Positions 10,141-21,779 of a stretch of 64,000 nt of DNA are shown one piece after another. The notes below the pieces were generated by a model. The model did no database searches. It was not told where the DNA came from and saw only the letters and a list, made by a program, of their open reading frames with translations. The stretch spans positions 1 to 64,000 of the forward strand of contig CAWBCJ010000010.1 in NCBI GenBank assembly GCA_963787255.1, in the 5' to 3' direction. The stretch's first letter is position 1, and every line of letters begins with the position of its first letter. Made by a program: the position numbers and the translations under genes. The DNA is from Methanobacteriota archaeon (GTDB lineage: Archaea > Methanobacteriota > Methanobacteria > Methanobacteriales > Methanobacteriaceae).

Positions 10141-11523
10141 ATGGAAAACAAGCAAAGAAACAGAATTCTAATACTTCTTTTTGCAGGCGTTTTTATGGGC
10201 GCACTGGATATAGGGATTGTAGGTCCAGCATTACCTGCAATCAAATCGTTTTTTGGAGTTAACGAGAGGATAGTATCCTGGATATTTGCTATATACATTC
10301 TTTTTTTCATGATTGGAACGCCTTTAATGGCGAAATTGTCAGATATGTATGGTAGAAGACCTATATACATAATTGACATATTACTATTTGCTGTAGGGTC
10401 AGTAATAACTGCGTTCTCATCATCCTTTGAAATACTCCTTCTTGGAAGGGCGATTCAGGGTTTTGGAGCTGGCGGAATATTTCCAGTTGCTAGTGCATTC
10501 ATTGGTGATACTTTCCCGCCTGAAAAAAGAGGTTCTGCCCTTGGAATTATCGGATCAGTTTTTGGATTATCCGCAGTCTTTGGTCCAATTCTTGGAGGGT
10601 TAATATTAAGTTTCGGCTGGCAGTGGTTGTTTTTAATAAACATACCCATAGCAGCAGTAATTATAGCTGCAGGATATTTTATTTTACCTGTAACAAAGAG
10701 AAAATGGGTTAAAGGATTTGACTGGTATGGGATAATTGTTTTAGGAGTTTTGGTCACTGCTCTTGCAGTAGGAGTAAATCAGATCGATACCAACAATTTC
10801 GCTCAAAGTCTTGGATCGCTTTACGTCTGGCCTTTTTTACTTATTTCAGTAGCATTACTTCCAGTTTTATGGAAGGTTGAAAAAAGAGCTGAAGATCCGG
10901 TACTGCAGATTAATCTTTTAAAAAAGAGGGAAGTTAAACTTGCAACAGGCATATCCTTAGGTTCAGGGTTAAGTCAAGTTGCAATAGTGTTTTTACCATC
11001 ATTTGCAGTAGTATCATTATCATATTCGGTTTCTACAGCAAGTTTAATGGTTCTTCCTCTTGTACTGGCCATGGCCTTTGCTGCACCTGTTGTGGGGAAA
11101 TTACTGGATAAATTTGGGTCAAAAATGGTGATGTTTACAGGTAGCGTTATACTTATTACAGGGCTGTTTATCCTAAGTTTCTTTGCATCATCATTCTATC
11201 TTTTCATCTTTTCAGGAGCTATAATTGGTTTAGGGCTGATTACCATTATCGGTGCCCCTTTGAGATATATCATGCTTTCTGAAAGCCCACCTCAATACAG
11301 GGCATCTGGACAGGCTCTGATTAATATCAATGCCAGTGCTGGTCAACTGGTGGGTGGAGCTTTAGTTGGAGGTATAATTGCGTCTCAAGGAGGAAATTAT
11401 GCTGGTTACGAATTTGCATATATATGTGTAGGTTTGATAGCTGTTATAATGCTACTTTTAACTCTTGGACTTAAAGGGCGTATAGAACAGATTAAAACCA
11501 TGAAAAATAGTACAAAAAACTAA
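10141..11523 (+). CDS. MFS transporter, 14-TM DHA2 drug:H+ antiporter type
   Basis: LDIGIV.PALP, KLSDMYGRR, GRAIQGFG, GPILGG and WQWLFLINIP motifs. Confidence 0.9.
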   Translation: MENKQRNRILILLFAGVFMGALDIGIVGPALPAIKSFFGVNERIVSWIFAIYILFFMIGTPLMAKLSDMYGRRPIYIIDILLFAVGSVITAFSSSFEILLLGRAIQGFGAGGIFPVASAFIGDTFPPEKRGSALGIIGSVFGLSAVFGPILGGLILSFGWQWLFLINIPIAAVIIAAGYFILPVTKRKWVKGFDWYGIIVLGVLVTALAVGVNQIDTNNFAQSLGSLYVWPFLLISVALLPVLWKVEKRAEDPVLQINLLKKREVKLATGISLGSGLSQVAIVFLPSFAVVSLSYSVSTASLMVLPLVLAMAFAAPVVGKLLDKFGSKMVMFTGSVILITGLFILSFFASSFYLFIFSGAIIGLGLITIIGAPLRYIMLSESPPQYRASGQALININASAGQLVGGALVGGIIASQGGNYAGYEFAYICVGLIAVIMLLLTLGLKGRIEQIKTMKNSTKN

Positions 11524-11779
11524 ATTTTCTTTTTTTAACATCATTTTAATTAAATATTATATTTTAATGGGATTATTTTAACAAAATATGATATAATTTA
11601 TTATTAACTAACATCATTATCCTTTCTAAGGATAAGATTTAAAAATAGTGAAAAGAAACATATGCATAGATTTAGTTGGGGATTATATATGTTCAAAACA
11701 TATTATAGAACAACTAGGGATGCAACATGCTCCAAATACTCATAGGAAAAAAAACTTCATTTAATGGAGTAGTGAATAA

Positions 11780-12382
11780 ATGGTACAGATAATTAAAACC
11801 TCTGTAAAGTGCTACAAAAAGAAGGCCAAAAAGACAGTGGGCGGTAAACAAAAGGTCTATGAATATAATCAGTATCTTATACCCCTTAAAAGAGCTGATA
11901 ATCTGAAATGTGGAGAAGGAATACTTATAATACCAGAACAATATTTCGAAGAATTATTTGGAGTAGAGGACACGTGGTCTGTTAAGGAATACATAAGTAA
12001 ACTCAAAGGATATGAAAGAAACATAGGCGAATACACAAAGGAATTCCGGGAACTTGAATGGAAACATAATGAACTTTCAAAATCATACAAGGCACTCTTG
12101 AGCAAGCACACCAAATACACAAAAAAATACAGAATGGAAAATGAAAAAATCAACGAATTGGAAGCATGTGCAAAAGATCTGGAAGTAAAAAATAAAGAAT
12201 TAATAGTTAAGCTTCAATCACGGGAATCAGAATACAAAAAATTAATGCAGGACTACGAAAGAGAATCTGACAAGGCAAATATCCTTGAAAATGAGCTTAA
12301 ACCAGACAAAGACAAAGATTTCTGGTCCATGCTAAAAAATCGCCTTGGTAAAAAAGAACTGGTATCAAAAGAAGACGAATAA
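11780..12382 (+). CDS. Hypothetical protein: basic N-terminal domain plus coiled coil
   Basis: 200-aa ORF with GGAG RBS-like sequence; Lys-rich beta-like N-terminus; heptad-rich C-terminal half. Confidence 0.7.
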   Translation: MVQIIKTSVKCYKKKAKKTVGGKQKVYEYNQYLIPLKRADNLKCGEGILIIPEQYFEELFGVEDTWSVKEYISKLKGYERNIGEYTKEFRELEWKHNELSKSYKALLSKHTKYTKKYRMENEKINELEACAKDLEVKNKELIVKLQSRESEYKKLMQDYERESDKANILENELKPDKDKDFWSMLKNRLGKKELVSKEDE

Positions 12383-12414
12383 AATACTTATTAATTAATT
12401 TCACACAGGATTTC

Positions 12415-14751
12415 ATGATTGAATACACCGACTTTGAAAATATTATCGTTAACGAGCTTGAAAGAGATATAAGATATTCTGTAAATAGTAAACAAAATAA
12501 AGCTATCAAAGCAGCTTTAAATACGTCTCTATTAATTGCTGCAGGTCCTGGAAGCGGTAAAACCACTGTAATGGTTCTTAAAATACTAAAATTTATTTTT
12601 ATTGACAATATTGAACCTTCAAGTATTCTTGCCACAACATTCACAAGAAAAGCAGCTTCAGAGCTTAAATCAAGAGTTGTAGTGTGGGGAAATACACTTA
12701 AAAGGGAACTGGCAAGGAATCCTAAATACTATTATTTCAGGGATTATCTAAATTCAATTGATTTAAAAAAAGTTATCATAGGAACAATTGATAGTATCTC
12801 TGAAGAAATTTTAAGGAATAATTTAGAGGATTCAGATTATACAATAATTGAAGATTTTGTGGCCAACTCTTTGATGATAAAAACTGGACTTTTAGAGAAC
12901 AAACTACAAAACGATAGACAGCTTAAAAGCTTTCTTAATCATTTAAAAGGTACTAAATCACGAATAAATCTTTCCACTATGAGTCAGATACTTCTGGAAA
13001 TAAAAGATAGGGCCCATCACGATAGGATAGATTTAAAGGATTTTATAGAAAAATATGATCATCCTGGAGCGCAAAAAGCCTTTAAAGCGATTTCATGTTA
13101 TGAGGCCGATTTAAAAAAGAGATCTCTACTTGATTTTTCAACACTTGAAGAAGAATTTTTAAGGAAACTTCAAAACAATGAACTGCATGACTTCCTCAAG
13201 AACATTAAAATAATTATGGTGGATGAATATCAAGATACAAACCTTCTTCAAGAATACATTTACTTTGAAATGGCAGGTGCAGCAGTAAAAAATGGGGGGA
13301 GTATTGTAGTGGTGGGCGACGATGATCAGTCTCTCTACAGGTTTAGAGGCGCTACAGTTGATCTTTTCAAAGATTTCAAAGAAAGAATTCAATCTAAACT
13401 AGGTGTAGAACCACTTTTCATAAATCTTTCACAAAATTACAGATCAACAGAAAACATTGTGGATTTCTGCAATAGTTACATATCACTTGACGGTAAATTT
13501 CAAAATGCAAGGGTTAAAGGAAAAGAATTAATAGTCTCCTCACGTAAAAAACCTTACGAAGATTTTCCAGTACTGGGAATATTTAGAGATGATATTAAAA
13601 CACTTGCAGCAGATCTTGCAGATTTTATCCATAAAATTGTTCAAGGGGAAGGAATTTATTTTAAACACATGAAAAATGAATTTAAAATAAAGATAGATAA
13701 AAAAGAGGGTTCTCCTGGAGACATAGCATTTTTATGCAGCTCACCACTGGAACAAGATTATAAAGGTAATTCTCGACTTCCATTTCTTTTAAAAGACGAA
13801 TTAAGCAAATTTAACCCCCAAATAGGGGTTTTCAATCCACGTGGCCAGCATTTAGGTCGAATACCTTTAATTGAATTGATATGTGGTTTAATTTTAGAAT
13901 GCATTGATAGAGAAGCTGAAATACAAAAAAAGCTGAAAATACCTAGAAATGCGCTTTTAAGATTTAAAGTATGGCGCATTAAGGCATTAAATTATATGGC
14001 TCGTCCAGAAAATAATGGAGAAGTCAAAATATTTGTAGATACATGGAAATACGAATTAAAACATGAAAATGAAGAAACAGAAATTTCAATAGTTGATCTA
14101 ATCTTTAAACTCATTAAATTAATGCCTGAAATTCACCATGATGATGAACTTGTTTATATTGAAGTCATAACTAAAGCCATTACTCAGACAGGATTATTCA
14201 GCGATTTTAAGGCCAACATAATTTTAGAACATAAAACTCATGAAATAAATCCAAATTCAGTGATAGAAGCCATCTGGAATATATTTGTTCCTATTGCACT
14301 TGGGGCGGTGAGTATTGATTTAGATATCCTGGAAGATATTCCCAAAAACAGGATGAATATAATGTCCATACACCAGGCCAAGGGCCTTGAATTCCCAATT
14401 GTTATAGTTGATGTAGGATCTGATTTCAAAATGAATTTCTCATATCACTCTTTTAGAAGATTCCCTGGTATGCCTGGAAAATCATGCACCATTGAAGACA
14501 AGATGAGGAAATTTTCTTTAATGGGAAAACCTGCTAGAAATGGTCTGGACAGGGCATTTGATGACATCATAAGGCAATATTTTGTTTCTTTCAGCAGGCC
14601 TGAAAATATTTTGCTGTTAGTAGGCCTTAATTCAGTTAAGGATGGTTATTATTTCAACGGCGACACTAGATATGTCCCTAACATGGCCACAGGGTGGGAT
14701 CGGGACATGGAATGGCATTGGAAGGGGTTAAAAAATATTTTCCATATTTGA
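12415..14751 (+). CDS. UvrD/REP-family (SF1A) ATP-dependent helicase
   Basis: AGPGSGKT, TFTRKAA, VDEYQD, VGDDDQSLYRFRGA, NYRS and SIHQAKGLEF motifs. Confidence 0.92.
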   Translation: MIEYTDFENIIVNELERDIRYSVNSKQNKAIKAALNTSLLIAAGPGSGKTTVMVLKILKFIFIDNIEPSSILATTFTRKAASELKSRVVVWGNTLKRELARNPKYYYFRDYLNSIDLKKVIIGTIDSISEEILRNNLEDSDYTIIEDFVANSLMIKTGLLENKLQNDRQLKSFLNHLKGTKSRINLSTMSQILLEIKDRAHHDRIDLKDFIEKYDHPGAQKAFKAISCYEADLKKRSLLDFSTLEEEFLRKLQNNELHDFLKNIKIIMVDEYQDTNLLQEYIYFEMAGAAVKNGGSIVVVGDDDQSLYRFRGATVDLFKDFKERIQSKLGVEPLFINLSQNYRSTENIVDFCNSYISLDGKFQNARVKGKELIVSSRKKPYEDFPVLGIFRDDIKTLAADLADFIHKIVQGEGIYFKHMKNEFKIKIDKKEGSPGDIAFLCSSPLEQDYKGNSRLPFLLKDELSKFNPQIGVFNPRGQHLGRIPLIELICGLILECIDREAEIQKKLKIPRNALLRFKVWRIKALNYMARPENNGEVKIFVDTWKYELKHENEETEISIVDLIFKLIKLMPEIHHDDELVYIEVITKAITQTGLFSDFKANIILEHKTHEINPNSVIEAIWNIFVPIALGAVSIDLDILEDIPKNRMNIMSIHQAKGLEFPIVIVDVGSDFKMNFSYHSFRRFPGMPGKSCTIEDKMRKFSLMGKPARNGLDRAFDDIIRQYFVSFSRPENILLLVGLNSVKDGYYFNGDTRYVPNMATGWDRDMEWHWKGLKNIFHI

Positions 14752-14944
14752 AGATTGAAATAAACTTTATTTTAACAGTTTTTATGTATGGGAATAATTG
14801 TTTTTCACAAAGATTATATGTTATTGTGAATAAAAAATAGCAATATTGTAATAAGGACTAAATCTAAAATAGGCAGATTTTAGATCGTGCCATTTATTAA
14901 AGTTAAATAAAAAAATAGGATACAAAAGTCAATTCAAAGATAAA

Positions 14945-15011
14945 TTTAAATACAATAAGACTCGAATTAAAAGGATGCACCATTAAAATCAGGAACCGAT
15001 ACATTTAAATA
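14945..15011 (+). promoter_or_regulatory. Tandem archaeal TATA boxes upstream of tRNA-Gln
   Basis: TTTAAATA at 14945-14952 and 15004-15011. Confidence 0.5.
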
Positions 15012-15073
15012 TGAATACAAGTAAATATTTGACTTGCCACGGCACAGTTAATCTGCTTTTTTTAGTGTAAAAT

Positions 15074-15145
15074 AGTCCTGTGGGGTAGTGGTAATCCTTC
15101 TGGCCTTTGGAGCCGGAGACGGCGGTTCGACTCCGCTCAGGACTA
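15074..15145 (+). tRNA. tRNA-Gln (anticodon TTG), no intron, CCA not encoded
   Basis: Acceptor stem AGTCCTG/CAGGACT, anticodon arm CTGGC-CTTTGGA-GCCGG, T-loop GTTCGACTC. Confidence 0.96.
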
Positions 15146-15292
15146 TCCTTTAAATGCTTATACCTCTGAGTTGGTGCATTTTAATACTTAAGGTAGTGTT
15201 AATTTTTTTTCATTAATTAATTAAATGCATAAATTCAACATTTTAACATCATTAATGTATGAGCATCTTTAAAAAAAACAAGAGGCTAATAT

Positions 15293-16450
15293 ATGGAAAA
15301 CGTTCTTGTTGTAGGTACTAATACGCGACCTGTGGCCTGTTCCGCTAAGAAGATGGGACACACTGTTTATTCTGTAGATTATTTTTGTACAAGTGACCTT
15401 GTTAAATGTTCTGACTATTTAAGATGTATTCTAACACAATTACCCTATGAATCATGCGGTAATTACGCAGATAAATACGATCAAAGCGTGCTTCAAAAAT
15501 ATGCTAATGAAGTAGTGGATGACGTAGATTTCATTTCATGCAGTTCTGGAGCAGTGCCAGAAAATTTCCCAAAATCAAAGGTTGTAGGAAATAAAAAGAT
15601 AATGCATGTGGAAAATAAATATAACTTATATAAACTGCTTAAAAATAAATTCAGAGTTCCAGAAACCTTTTTAGTGTCATCTTATCAAGAAGCGGCTGAA
15701 ATAGCAAACAGTTACGAAGATAAGAGATTCATAGTGAAACCTATAATAGGTGCAGGCGGTAAAGACATCCGCCGCTTTGAAGAAACCACTGAAAATTCTG
15801 ATTTTAGTAGATTTATGCTGCAGGAAGTTATAGAAGGAAAAAGCATCAGTGCATCAGTTTTATCAACAAAAAATGAAGCAAAAACAATTCTAACAAGCAG
15901 ACAGATAATAGGAAATAGCCAGCTTGGACAACCTGATGAATTCGCCTACTGTGGAAATATAGCGCCTTATACGAATGATACAGAAATAAAAAACGCAGCA
16001 GAAGAAGTTATATCTGAATTATCTCTTGTTGGATCAAATGGTGTGGACATGATTGAAAGAGATGGTGAAATATTCATAATTGAGGCTAACCCAAGATTTC
16101 AGGGAACGTTGGAATGTACTGAGGAAGTATTGGGCATAAATATGTTTGATGCGCACTTTAAAGCTTCTAATGGGACAATAATCGATATACCTGAACCTAA
16201 TGGATATGCAGTTAAAATGGTTGTGTTTGCTAAATGGCGCTCTATTGCAGGAGATTTAAACATTGAAGGTGTATATGACATACCTGAAAAAAATGTTATA
16301 ATTGAAAAGGATGAGCCTGCAGCAACTGTTGTGACAGGGGGCGATACCATTTATAATGCTGTAAATAATGCTCAAAAGATTGTAAATAAGGTTTATCAGG
16401 GTTTGGAACCTTATCCTCAAAAAATACTTGCTAGAAACATTAATATTTAA
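15293..16450 (+). CDS. ATP-grasp domain protein (methanogen C1-cofactor-associated type)
   Basis: VKPIIGAGG, LQEVIEG, GSNGVD and IEANPRFQG motifs. Confidence 0.82.
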   Translation: MENVLVVGTNTRPVACSAKKMGHTVYSVDYFCTSDLVKCSDYLRCILTQLPYESCGNYADKYDQSVLQKYANEVVDDVDFISCSSGAVPENFPKSKVVGNKKIMHVENKYNLYKLLKNKFRVPETFLVSSYQEAAEIANSYEDKRFIVKPIIGAGGKDIRRFEETTENSDFSRFMLQEVIEGKSISASVLSTKNEAKTILTSRQIIGNSQLGQPDEFAYCGNIAPYTNDTEIKNAAEEVISELSLVGSNGVDMIERDGEIFIIEANPRFQGTLECTEEVLGINMFDAHFKASNGTIIDIPEPNGYAVKMVVFAKWRSIAGDLNIEGVYDIPEKNVIIEKDEPAATVVTGGDTIYNAVNNAQKIVNKVYQGLEPYPQKILARNINI

Positions 16451-16492
16451 AAATATATTTGGATAATGTAGGTTATATGAGGTTTTAAATAC

Positions 16493-16642
16493 TCAAATAA
16501 CTCCTAAAAGTCGAAGAATAAATACTAAAGTACCTACAGTTATCAGGATTGTGGATAAAATCATTCCACCTACTATAACTAGATAAAGCTTTGCTCGTCT
16601 ATCAGGATCTCTAAACATTTCTTCAAGGGGGTCTACGCTCAA
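16493..16642 (-). CDS. Small single-TM protein, 49 aa (not in the ORF track)
   Basis: GAGGTG RBS, TTG start; MSVDPLEEMFRDPDRRAKLYLVIVGGMILSTILITVGTLVFILRLLGVI*. Confidence 0.65.
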   Translation of the reverse strand: MSVDPLEEMFRDPDRRAKLYLVIVGGMILSTILITVGTLVFILRLLGVI

Positions 16643-16716
16643 AAATGGCACCTCATTGTATTCTTTTTTTTTACTGATTCTCTTTGGAAAAAGAATTTAT
16701 TTTTTTGCAATTCATT

Positions 16717-17121
16717 TTATCTTACTAAAAAGATATATTGGGTAGCTGTCGGAAACTCATTTCTAAGTTTCTTTATATCGGGTCTGTATATAAAAAGCTC
16801 TCTTTTACATGGGTCTAAATTTAATATTTTACATATTAGTACTGTTTCTAATCTTCCAGTAATTCTTGATGCACTTGAAGTGGAGTCAATTTCAATATAA
16901 ATTGGAAGTTTTAAATTCTTGTACTCTTTCTCCTCAATCATAGATGCTAATTTTTTAATTTCAGCATTTCTAAATCTATGCCGTGTACCATCAGATCCCA
17001 TTACATGAGGTTTTTCTTCCTCAAGAAGTTCAGCAAGATTTTTCCGCCTTCTAGGAAGATGGCGATTTAAACTTAAAACCTGTTTTTTTATTACATTATC
17101 GGCACGATCTAGTTGACTCAT
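16717..17121 (-). CDS. DUF61/UPF0216 family protein
   Basis: LNRHLPRRRKNLAELLEE.KP...DG..H and LKLPI motifs. Confidence 0.75.
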   Translation of the reverse strand: MSQLDRADNVIKKQVLSLNRHLPRRRKNLAELLEEEKPHVMGSDGTRHRFRNAEIKKLASMIEEKEYKNLKLPIYIEIDSTSSASRITGRLETVLICKILNLDPCKRELFIYRPDIKKLRNEFPTATQYIFLVR

Positions 17122-17216
17122 CTGATAAATTTATTTATTTTATACGATATATATTCTTCACAAGCCTTACTATAAATTATGTTAATAACATTTATCTAAC
17201 ATAAAGGGGGAATATT

Positions 17217-17549
17217 ATGGATGTTGATGTACAACAATGCAGAGAAAATGATTTAATAAAGAAAATAATAAGTGAAAGCGGACTTCCAATCAAATTAATA
17301 AAACTTCTTTTAAGACTTTCCGATACAATTTATATTAATGCAATAAATTATAACGTAACAATACATGAAAAGGGTGCTATATTACTGCTTATTTCATCAA
17401 AACCAGAAAACAAGACAGGTAGTTTTCACACAATATCGTTATCCAACGTTTTTTACAAGTTAAGAGACATTGAAAAGGAAAATAAAGACATTAAAACTAA
17501 ATTAAAAGCTCGTGAAAATATGATTCAAATTATAGTTGAAATAGCTTAA
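17217..17549 (+). CDS. Hypothetical protein
   Basis: 110-aa ORF with AGGGGG RBS-like sequence. Confidence 0.65.
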   Translation: MDVDVQQCRENDLIKKIISESGLPIKLIKLLLRLSDTIYINAINYNVTIHEKGAILLLISSKPENKTGSFHTISLSNVFYKLRDIEKENKDIKTKLKARENMIQIIVEIA

Positions 17550-17568
17550 AATAAAAAGAAAAAAGAGT

Positions 17569-17955
17569 TTATTTTATCATTTCCACTGGAAGAAGAATCA
17601 AAACTCCGAGTAAATCATCTTTTTTTATACTGCCGTTAAGACTTGCAATAAAAGAGGCATGGTCAACTGTTTTTTCTAAACTGATTGGAAGATGTACTTC
17701 TTCACCCACTGCAATTGCATGTCCATACCTGTTAGCTGCATATGCAGATAAAAAGGTTATATGATTAGCAGGGATTTTAATCTGCCTGATTTTAATTGGT
17801 TTAGATTCACTAGCTTTGACTTCAATATCTTCAGCTGCAATTATAGCTCTCAGTTTACCAATAATGGTACCGACCTTAAAATCACCTAATGAGTGTTCTT
17901 CAAGCTCAGTGTACTTTTTTTTAACTTCATCAAGTCTTGTAATTATTCTAACCAT
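17569..17955 (-). CDS. DUF22 family protein, last gene of the ATP synthase operon
   Basis: Overlaps the atpD stop; I.KI.IP.N...Y..N.YGH and DLLGVL motifs. Confidence 0.7.
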   Translation of the reverse strand: MVRIITRLDEVKKKYTELEEHSLGDFKVGTIIGKLRAIIAAEDIEVKASESKPIKIRQIKIPANHITFLSAYAANRYGHAIAVGEEVHLPISLEKTVDHASFIASLNGSIKKDDLLGVLILLPVEMIK

Positions 17956-18595
17956 TTGAAGTCCCCATGGCTTTTTTAATCATCTTCAATCTTACGAAGT
18001 TTTCTCTTTCCATCTCTTCAAGCCGCATCTCGATATATTTAACAGTGTTTTCCATTCTTGGAATAATGATATGTTCTAGAGCATTAACTCTTCGCTTTGT
18101 CGATTCAATTTCTGCTGCAAGAAGAACTATGGTTTTTTCAATTTCTGCAAGCTCAATTATCAGTTTAATTGATTCCTCGAAATCACGTGCTGCCTCGTCA
18201 AGCTTGGCAGAGGTATCTAAAAATCCATAACCTCGATCTACAATGGTTCTATTTGAAGTTTCAGCATCAATCAAAGGCACGGAAACACCCATTACACTTC
18301 TTGAATCAATTTCAACTTTTATAGACTCTTTTACAGACATGGCGGCTTTTTTAACTGCAAGATCACCCATAACAATTTGGGCAGCAGTTAAATCTTCGAA
18401 TGCTTCTTGTAATTTCGTTTCAACATTTTCTCTGGAGCCTTTCACACGATCCAGTATGTTGAAAAATTCCATTATTAGGGCATTCCTTTTCTCTTTAAGG
18501 AGTCCATGTCCTTTAACTGCGAGTTTTTCACGGTCCTTAAGTTTGAGAAGCTCCATCCTTGTTGGATTTACTCCTTCAATCATTTCTTGTGCCAT
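17948..18595 (-). CDS. atpD: A1Ao ATP synthase subunit D
   Basis: [16 protein letters not shown] and [10 protein letters not shown] motifs. Confidence 0.97.
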   Translation of the reverse strand: MAQEMIEGVNPTRMELLKLKDREKLAVKGHGLLKEKRNALIMEFFNILDRVKGSRENVETKLQEAFEDLTAAQIVMGDLAVKKAAMSVKESIKVEIDSRSVMGVSVPLIDAETSNRTIVDRGYGFLDTSAKLDEAARDFEESIKLIIELAEIEKTIVLLAAEIESTKRRVNALEHIIIPRMENTVKYIEMRLEEMERENFVRLKMIKKAMGTSNG

Positions 18596-18630
18596 TTTTT
18601 TTATCCCACCTAAAAATAAATAAGAGGAGG

Positions 18631-20031
18631 TTATTGTTTGTATGCAGGGTGATATTTTGGAATATATTCTGCTCTAACCCTCTTAAGTTCGGCTTCAGGA
18701 AGCAAGCTTAAAAGCTCCCATCCAAGATCAAGAGTTTCCTGTATGGTTCTGTCTTCATCCTTTGTTTCTGTAACGAACTTGTTTTCGAACTCGTCTGCAA
18801 AGGTAAGGTATTTTCGGTCACGTTCTGTAAGTGCTTCTTCACCAACAACAGCCATAAGGTCTCTTAAGTCACGACCTTCAGAATAAGCTGAATAAATCTG
18901 GTCAGATACACCACTGTGATCTTCTCTTGTCCTTTCTTCACCGATTCCACCACTCATCAATCTGGATAAAGATGGAAGCACATCTACTGGAGGGTAAATA
19001 CCTTTCCTGAAGATATCTCTGCTTAATACAATCTGTCCTTCTGTAATATATCCAGTTAAATCTGGAATTGGATGAGTAATATCGTCTTGAGGCATAACAA
19101 GAATAGGCATCTGGGTAATTGAACCGGCCTTACCACCCACACGACCTGCTCTTTCATAGAGAGAAGCAAGGTCAGTGTACATGTAACCAGGGTATCCACG
19201 TCTACCTGGAACTTCTTCACGTGCAGCGGAAATTTCCCTTAATGCTTCGCAGTAGTTGGTCATATCAGTCAGGATAACTAGAACATGCATTCCTTTTTCA
19301 AATGCAAAGTATTCTGCAGTTGTAAGTGCCATTCTTGGGGTAATTATTCTTTCAATTGCAGGGTCATCTGCAAGGTTCATGAATACTGTAACTCTTTCTA
19401 GTGCTCCAGTTCTTTCAAAATCTCTCATAAAGAAGTTTGCTTCTTCATGAGTTATTCCCATAGCTGCAAATACAACTGCAAACTTTGTTTCTTCTCCTAC
19501 TACCTTAGCGTGTCTTGCAATTTGTGCTGCAAGGTCATTGTGAGGTAATCCCGATCCTGAAAAGATAGGGAGTTTTTGTCCTCTAACAAGAGTGTTCATA
19601 CCGTCGATAGTTGAAATACCGGTTTGTATAAATTCTGCTGGGAATTCCCTTGCAATTGGGTTCATTGGAGCTCCATTAATATCTAATTCTTCTTCTGGAA
19701 TGATTTCAGGTCCGCCGTCAATAGGTTTTCCTGTACCTCCAAATACTCTTCCGAGCATGTCAAGTGAAACACCTAGATGTGCTGTTTCACCAGTAAATCT
19801 GATCTTCGTTGTGGAAGTGTTAAGATCGCTTGTACCTTCAAACACTTGTACAACCGCAATTCCTTCACGTACCTCCAGAACCTGTCCCCTTCGGGCTTCT
19901 CCATTAGGTGTTACTATGTCTACAATTTCCCCGTAAGCGACACCTTCCACACCTTCTACAATCATGAGAGGACCTGAAACTTCAGCAACGGTTGTGTATT
20001 CCCGTGTTTTGATATTTAAATCCATTTTCAT
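18631..20031 (-). CDS. atpB: A1Ao ATP synthase subunit B
   Basis: [30 protein letters not shown] and [16 protein letters not shown] motifs. Confidence 0.98.
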   Translation of the reverse strand: MKMDLNIKTREYTTVAEVSGPLMIVEGVEGVAYGEIVDIVTPNGEARRGQVLEVREGIAVVQVFEGTSDLNTSTTKIRFTGETAHLGVSLDMLGRVFGGTGKPIDGGPEIIPEEELDINGAPMNPIAREFPAEFIQTGISTIDGMNTLVRGQKLPIFSGSGLPHNDLAAQIARHAKVVGEETKFAVVFAAMGITHEEANFFMRDFERTGALERVTVFMNLADDPAIERIITPRMALTTAEYFAFEKGMHVLVILTDMTNYCEALREISAAREEVPGRRGYPGYMYTDLASLYERAGRVGGKAGSITQMPILVMPQDDITHPIPDLTGYITEGQIVLSRDIFRKGIYPPVDVLPSLSRLMSGGIGEERTREDHSGVSDQIYSAYSEGRDLRDLMAVVGEEALTERDRKYLTFADEFENKFVTETKDEDRTIQETLDLGWELLSLLPEAELKRVRAEYIPKYHPAYKQ

Positions 20032-21779
20032 ACCTCACTAGTTTGTTTAATTACTTTATCCTGAATTGCTTTAACCTCATCTTCAAACTCGGCTTCAGGT
20101 ATGTACTTCATTTTACCTATATCTTCCTTAACGCTGAGTGCTATGACTTCTTCAGATGCTGCACCTCTTTCAAGAGCTGCTGTAGCGTTTTCCTGGAACA
20201 TAACTATTGTTTTAAGCATTCCATACTGTTTTTTAGGTGAACAGTATGTATCTACTTCATGGAAAGCATTCTGCTGAAGGAAGTCCTCTCTGATCATCCT
20301 TGTACTTTCGAGGGTAATTCTTTCCCTGTCGGGTAATGCATCAGGACCTACAAGCTGAACAATTTCTTGAAGTTCGGATTCTTCTTGGAGTAAAACCATT
20401 GCTTTATCTCTTAATTCTCTCCAATCTTCACCTACGTTATTGTTCCACCATGAAGATATGCTTTCTACGTATAATGAGTAACTTTGCAGCCAGTCAATTG
20501 AAGGGAAGTGACTTTTATCTGCAAGTGATGAGTCAAGCGCCCAAAACACTTTAACTATTCGTAAAGTGTTTTGAGTAACTGGCTCTGAAAGGTCCCCACC
20601 TGGAGGTGATACTGCACCAATTACGGTAAGAGATCCTTGTTTATCTTCTGTACCGACAGTAGTAATCCTTCCAGCTCTTTCGTAGAACTCAGCAAGCCTT
20701 GATGCTAGATATGCTGGATATCCTTCTTCACCTGGCATTTCTTCAAGTCTTCCTGACATTTCCCTCAGAGCTTCTGCCCATCTTGAGGTTGAATCAGCCA
20801 TAAGAGCTACAGCGTATCCCATGTCTCTAAAGTATTCTGCAATTGTAATTCCAGTGTATACAGATGCTTCTCTTGCTGCAACAGGCATATTAGATGTATT
20901 TGCAATGAGAACTGTTCTTTTCATAAGTGGTTTACCGGTTTTAGGGTCTTCAAGTTCTGGGAACTCATTTAAAACCTCTGTCATTTCGTTTCCACGTTCT
21001 CCACATCCGATGTAAACAATGATATCTGCGTCAGCCCATTTAGCAAGCTGCTGCTGGGTAACGGTTTTACCTGAACCAAATGGACCAGGCATAGCTGCTG
21101 TACCACCTTTAGCAACTGAAAAGAATGTATCCTGCGCTCTTTGACCAGTTATTAATGGTATATCTGGGTCAAGTTTTGCCTTGTATGGTCTTCCAACCCT
21201 TACAGGCCATTTTTGTACCATCTGAACTTTTTCCACTCCGGCAGAAGTTTCAACTTCAGCGATGTCTTCTTCTACTGTGTATTCCCCTTCAGCAGCGATG
21301 GTCTTTAGAGTACCTTCTACTTTTGGAGGAATCATGATTTTGTGAACGATTGAAGATGTTTCTTGAACTTCTCCAATGATGTCTCCGCCTTTTACTGCTG
21401 TTCCTGCTTTTAAAAGTGGAATAAATTTCCATTTTTTGTCTTTATATACTGCTGGAACATCTACACCTCTTTCGATATAATCTCCAGTTAGAGCTTTAAT
21501 ATTTTCCAATGGTCTTTGAATTCCATCATAAATGGATGTAAGAATTCCTGGACCTAATTCTACTGAAAGTGATCCGCCTGTACTTTCAATTACTTCTCCC
21601 GGTTTTATACCAGCGGTTTCTTCGTAAACTTGAATGGTTGCAGTGTCGCCTTCGAGTTCGATTATCTCTCCGATAAGTCCTTCGCTACCGACTCTAACCA
21701 TTTCGTGCATCTGGGTTCCTTTCATGCCGTCTCCGACAATAACGGGACCTGCTATTTTAATTATCCTTCCTGTAATCAT
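20028..21779 (-). CDS. atpA: A1Ao ATP synthase subunit A (no intein)
   Basis: [17 protein letters not shown] and [13 protein letters not shown] motifs; 583 aa. Confidence 0.98.
   Translation of the reverse strand: MITGRIIKIAGPVIVGDGMKGTQMHEMVRVGSEGLIGEIIELEGDTATIQVYEETAGIKPGEVIESTGGSLSVELGPGILTSIYDGIQRPLENIKALTGDYIERGVDVPAVYKDKKWKFIPLLKAGTAVKGGDIIGEVQETSSIVHKIMIPPKVEGTLKTIAAEGEYTVEEDIAEVETSAGVEKVQMVQKWPVRVGRPYKAKLDPDIPLITGQRAQDTFFSVAKGGTAAMPGPFGSGKTVTQQQLAKWADADIIVYIGCGERGNEMTEVLNEFPELEDPKTGKPLMKRTVLIANTSNMPVAAREASVYTGITIAEYFRDMGYAVALMADSTSRWAEALREMSGRLEEMPGEEGYPAYLASRLAEFYERAGRITTVGTEDKQGSLTVIGAVSPPGGDLSEPVTQNTLRIVKVFWALDSSLADKSHFPSIDWLQSYSLYVESISSWWNNNVGEDWRELRDKAMVLLQEESELQEIVQLVGPDALPDRERITLESTRMIREDFLQQNAFHEVDTYCSPKKQYGMLKTIVMFQENATAALERGAASEEVIALSVKEDIGKMKYIPEAEFEDEVKAIQDKVIKQTSEV

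Noticed and set aside
1-15145. Integrated element or provirus ending at tRNA-Gln
   Set aside because: No integrase, no duplicated tRNA 3' end (att site) seen and no viral genes.
20028-21779. Intein in atpA
   Set aside because: Normal 583-aa length with an uninterrupted Walker A region.
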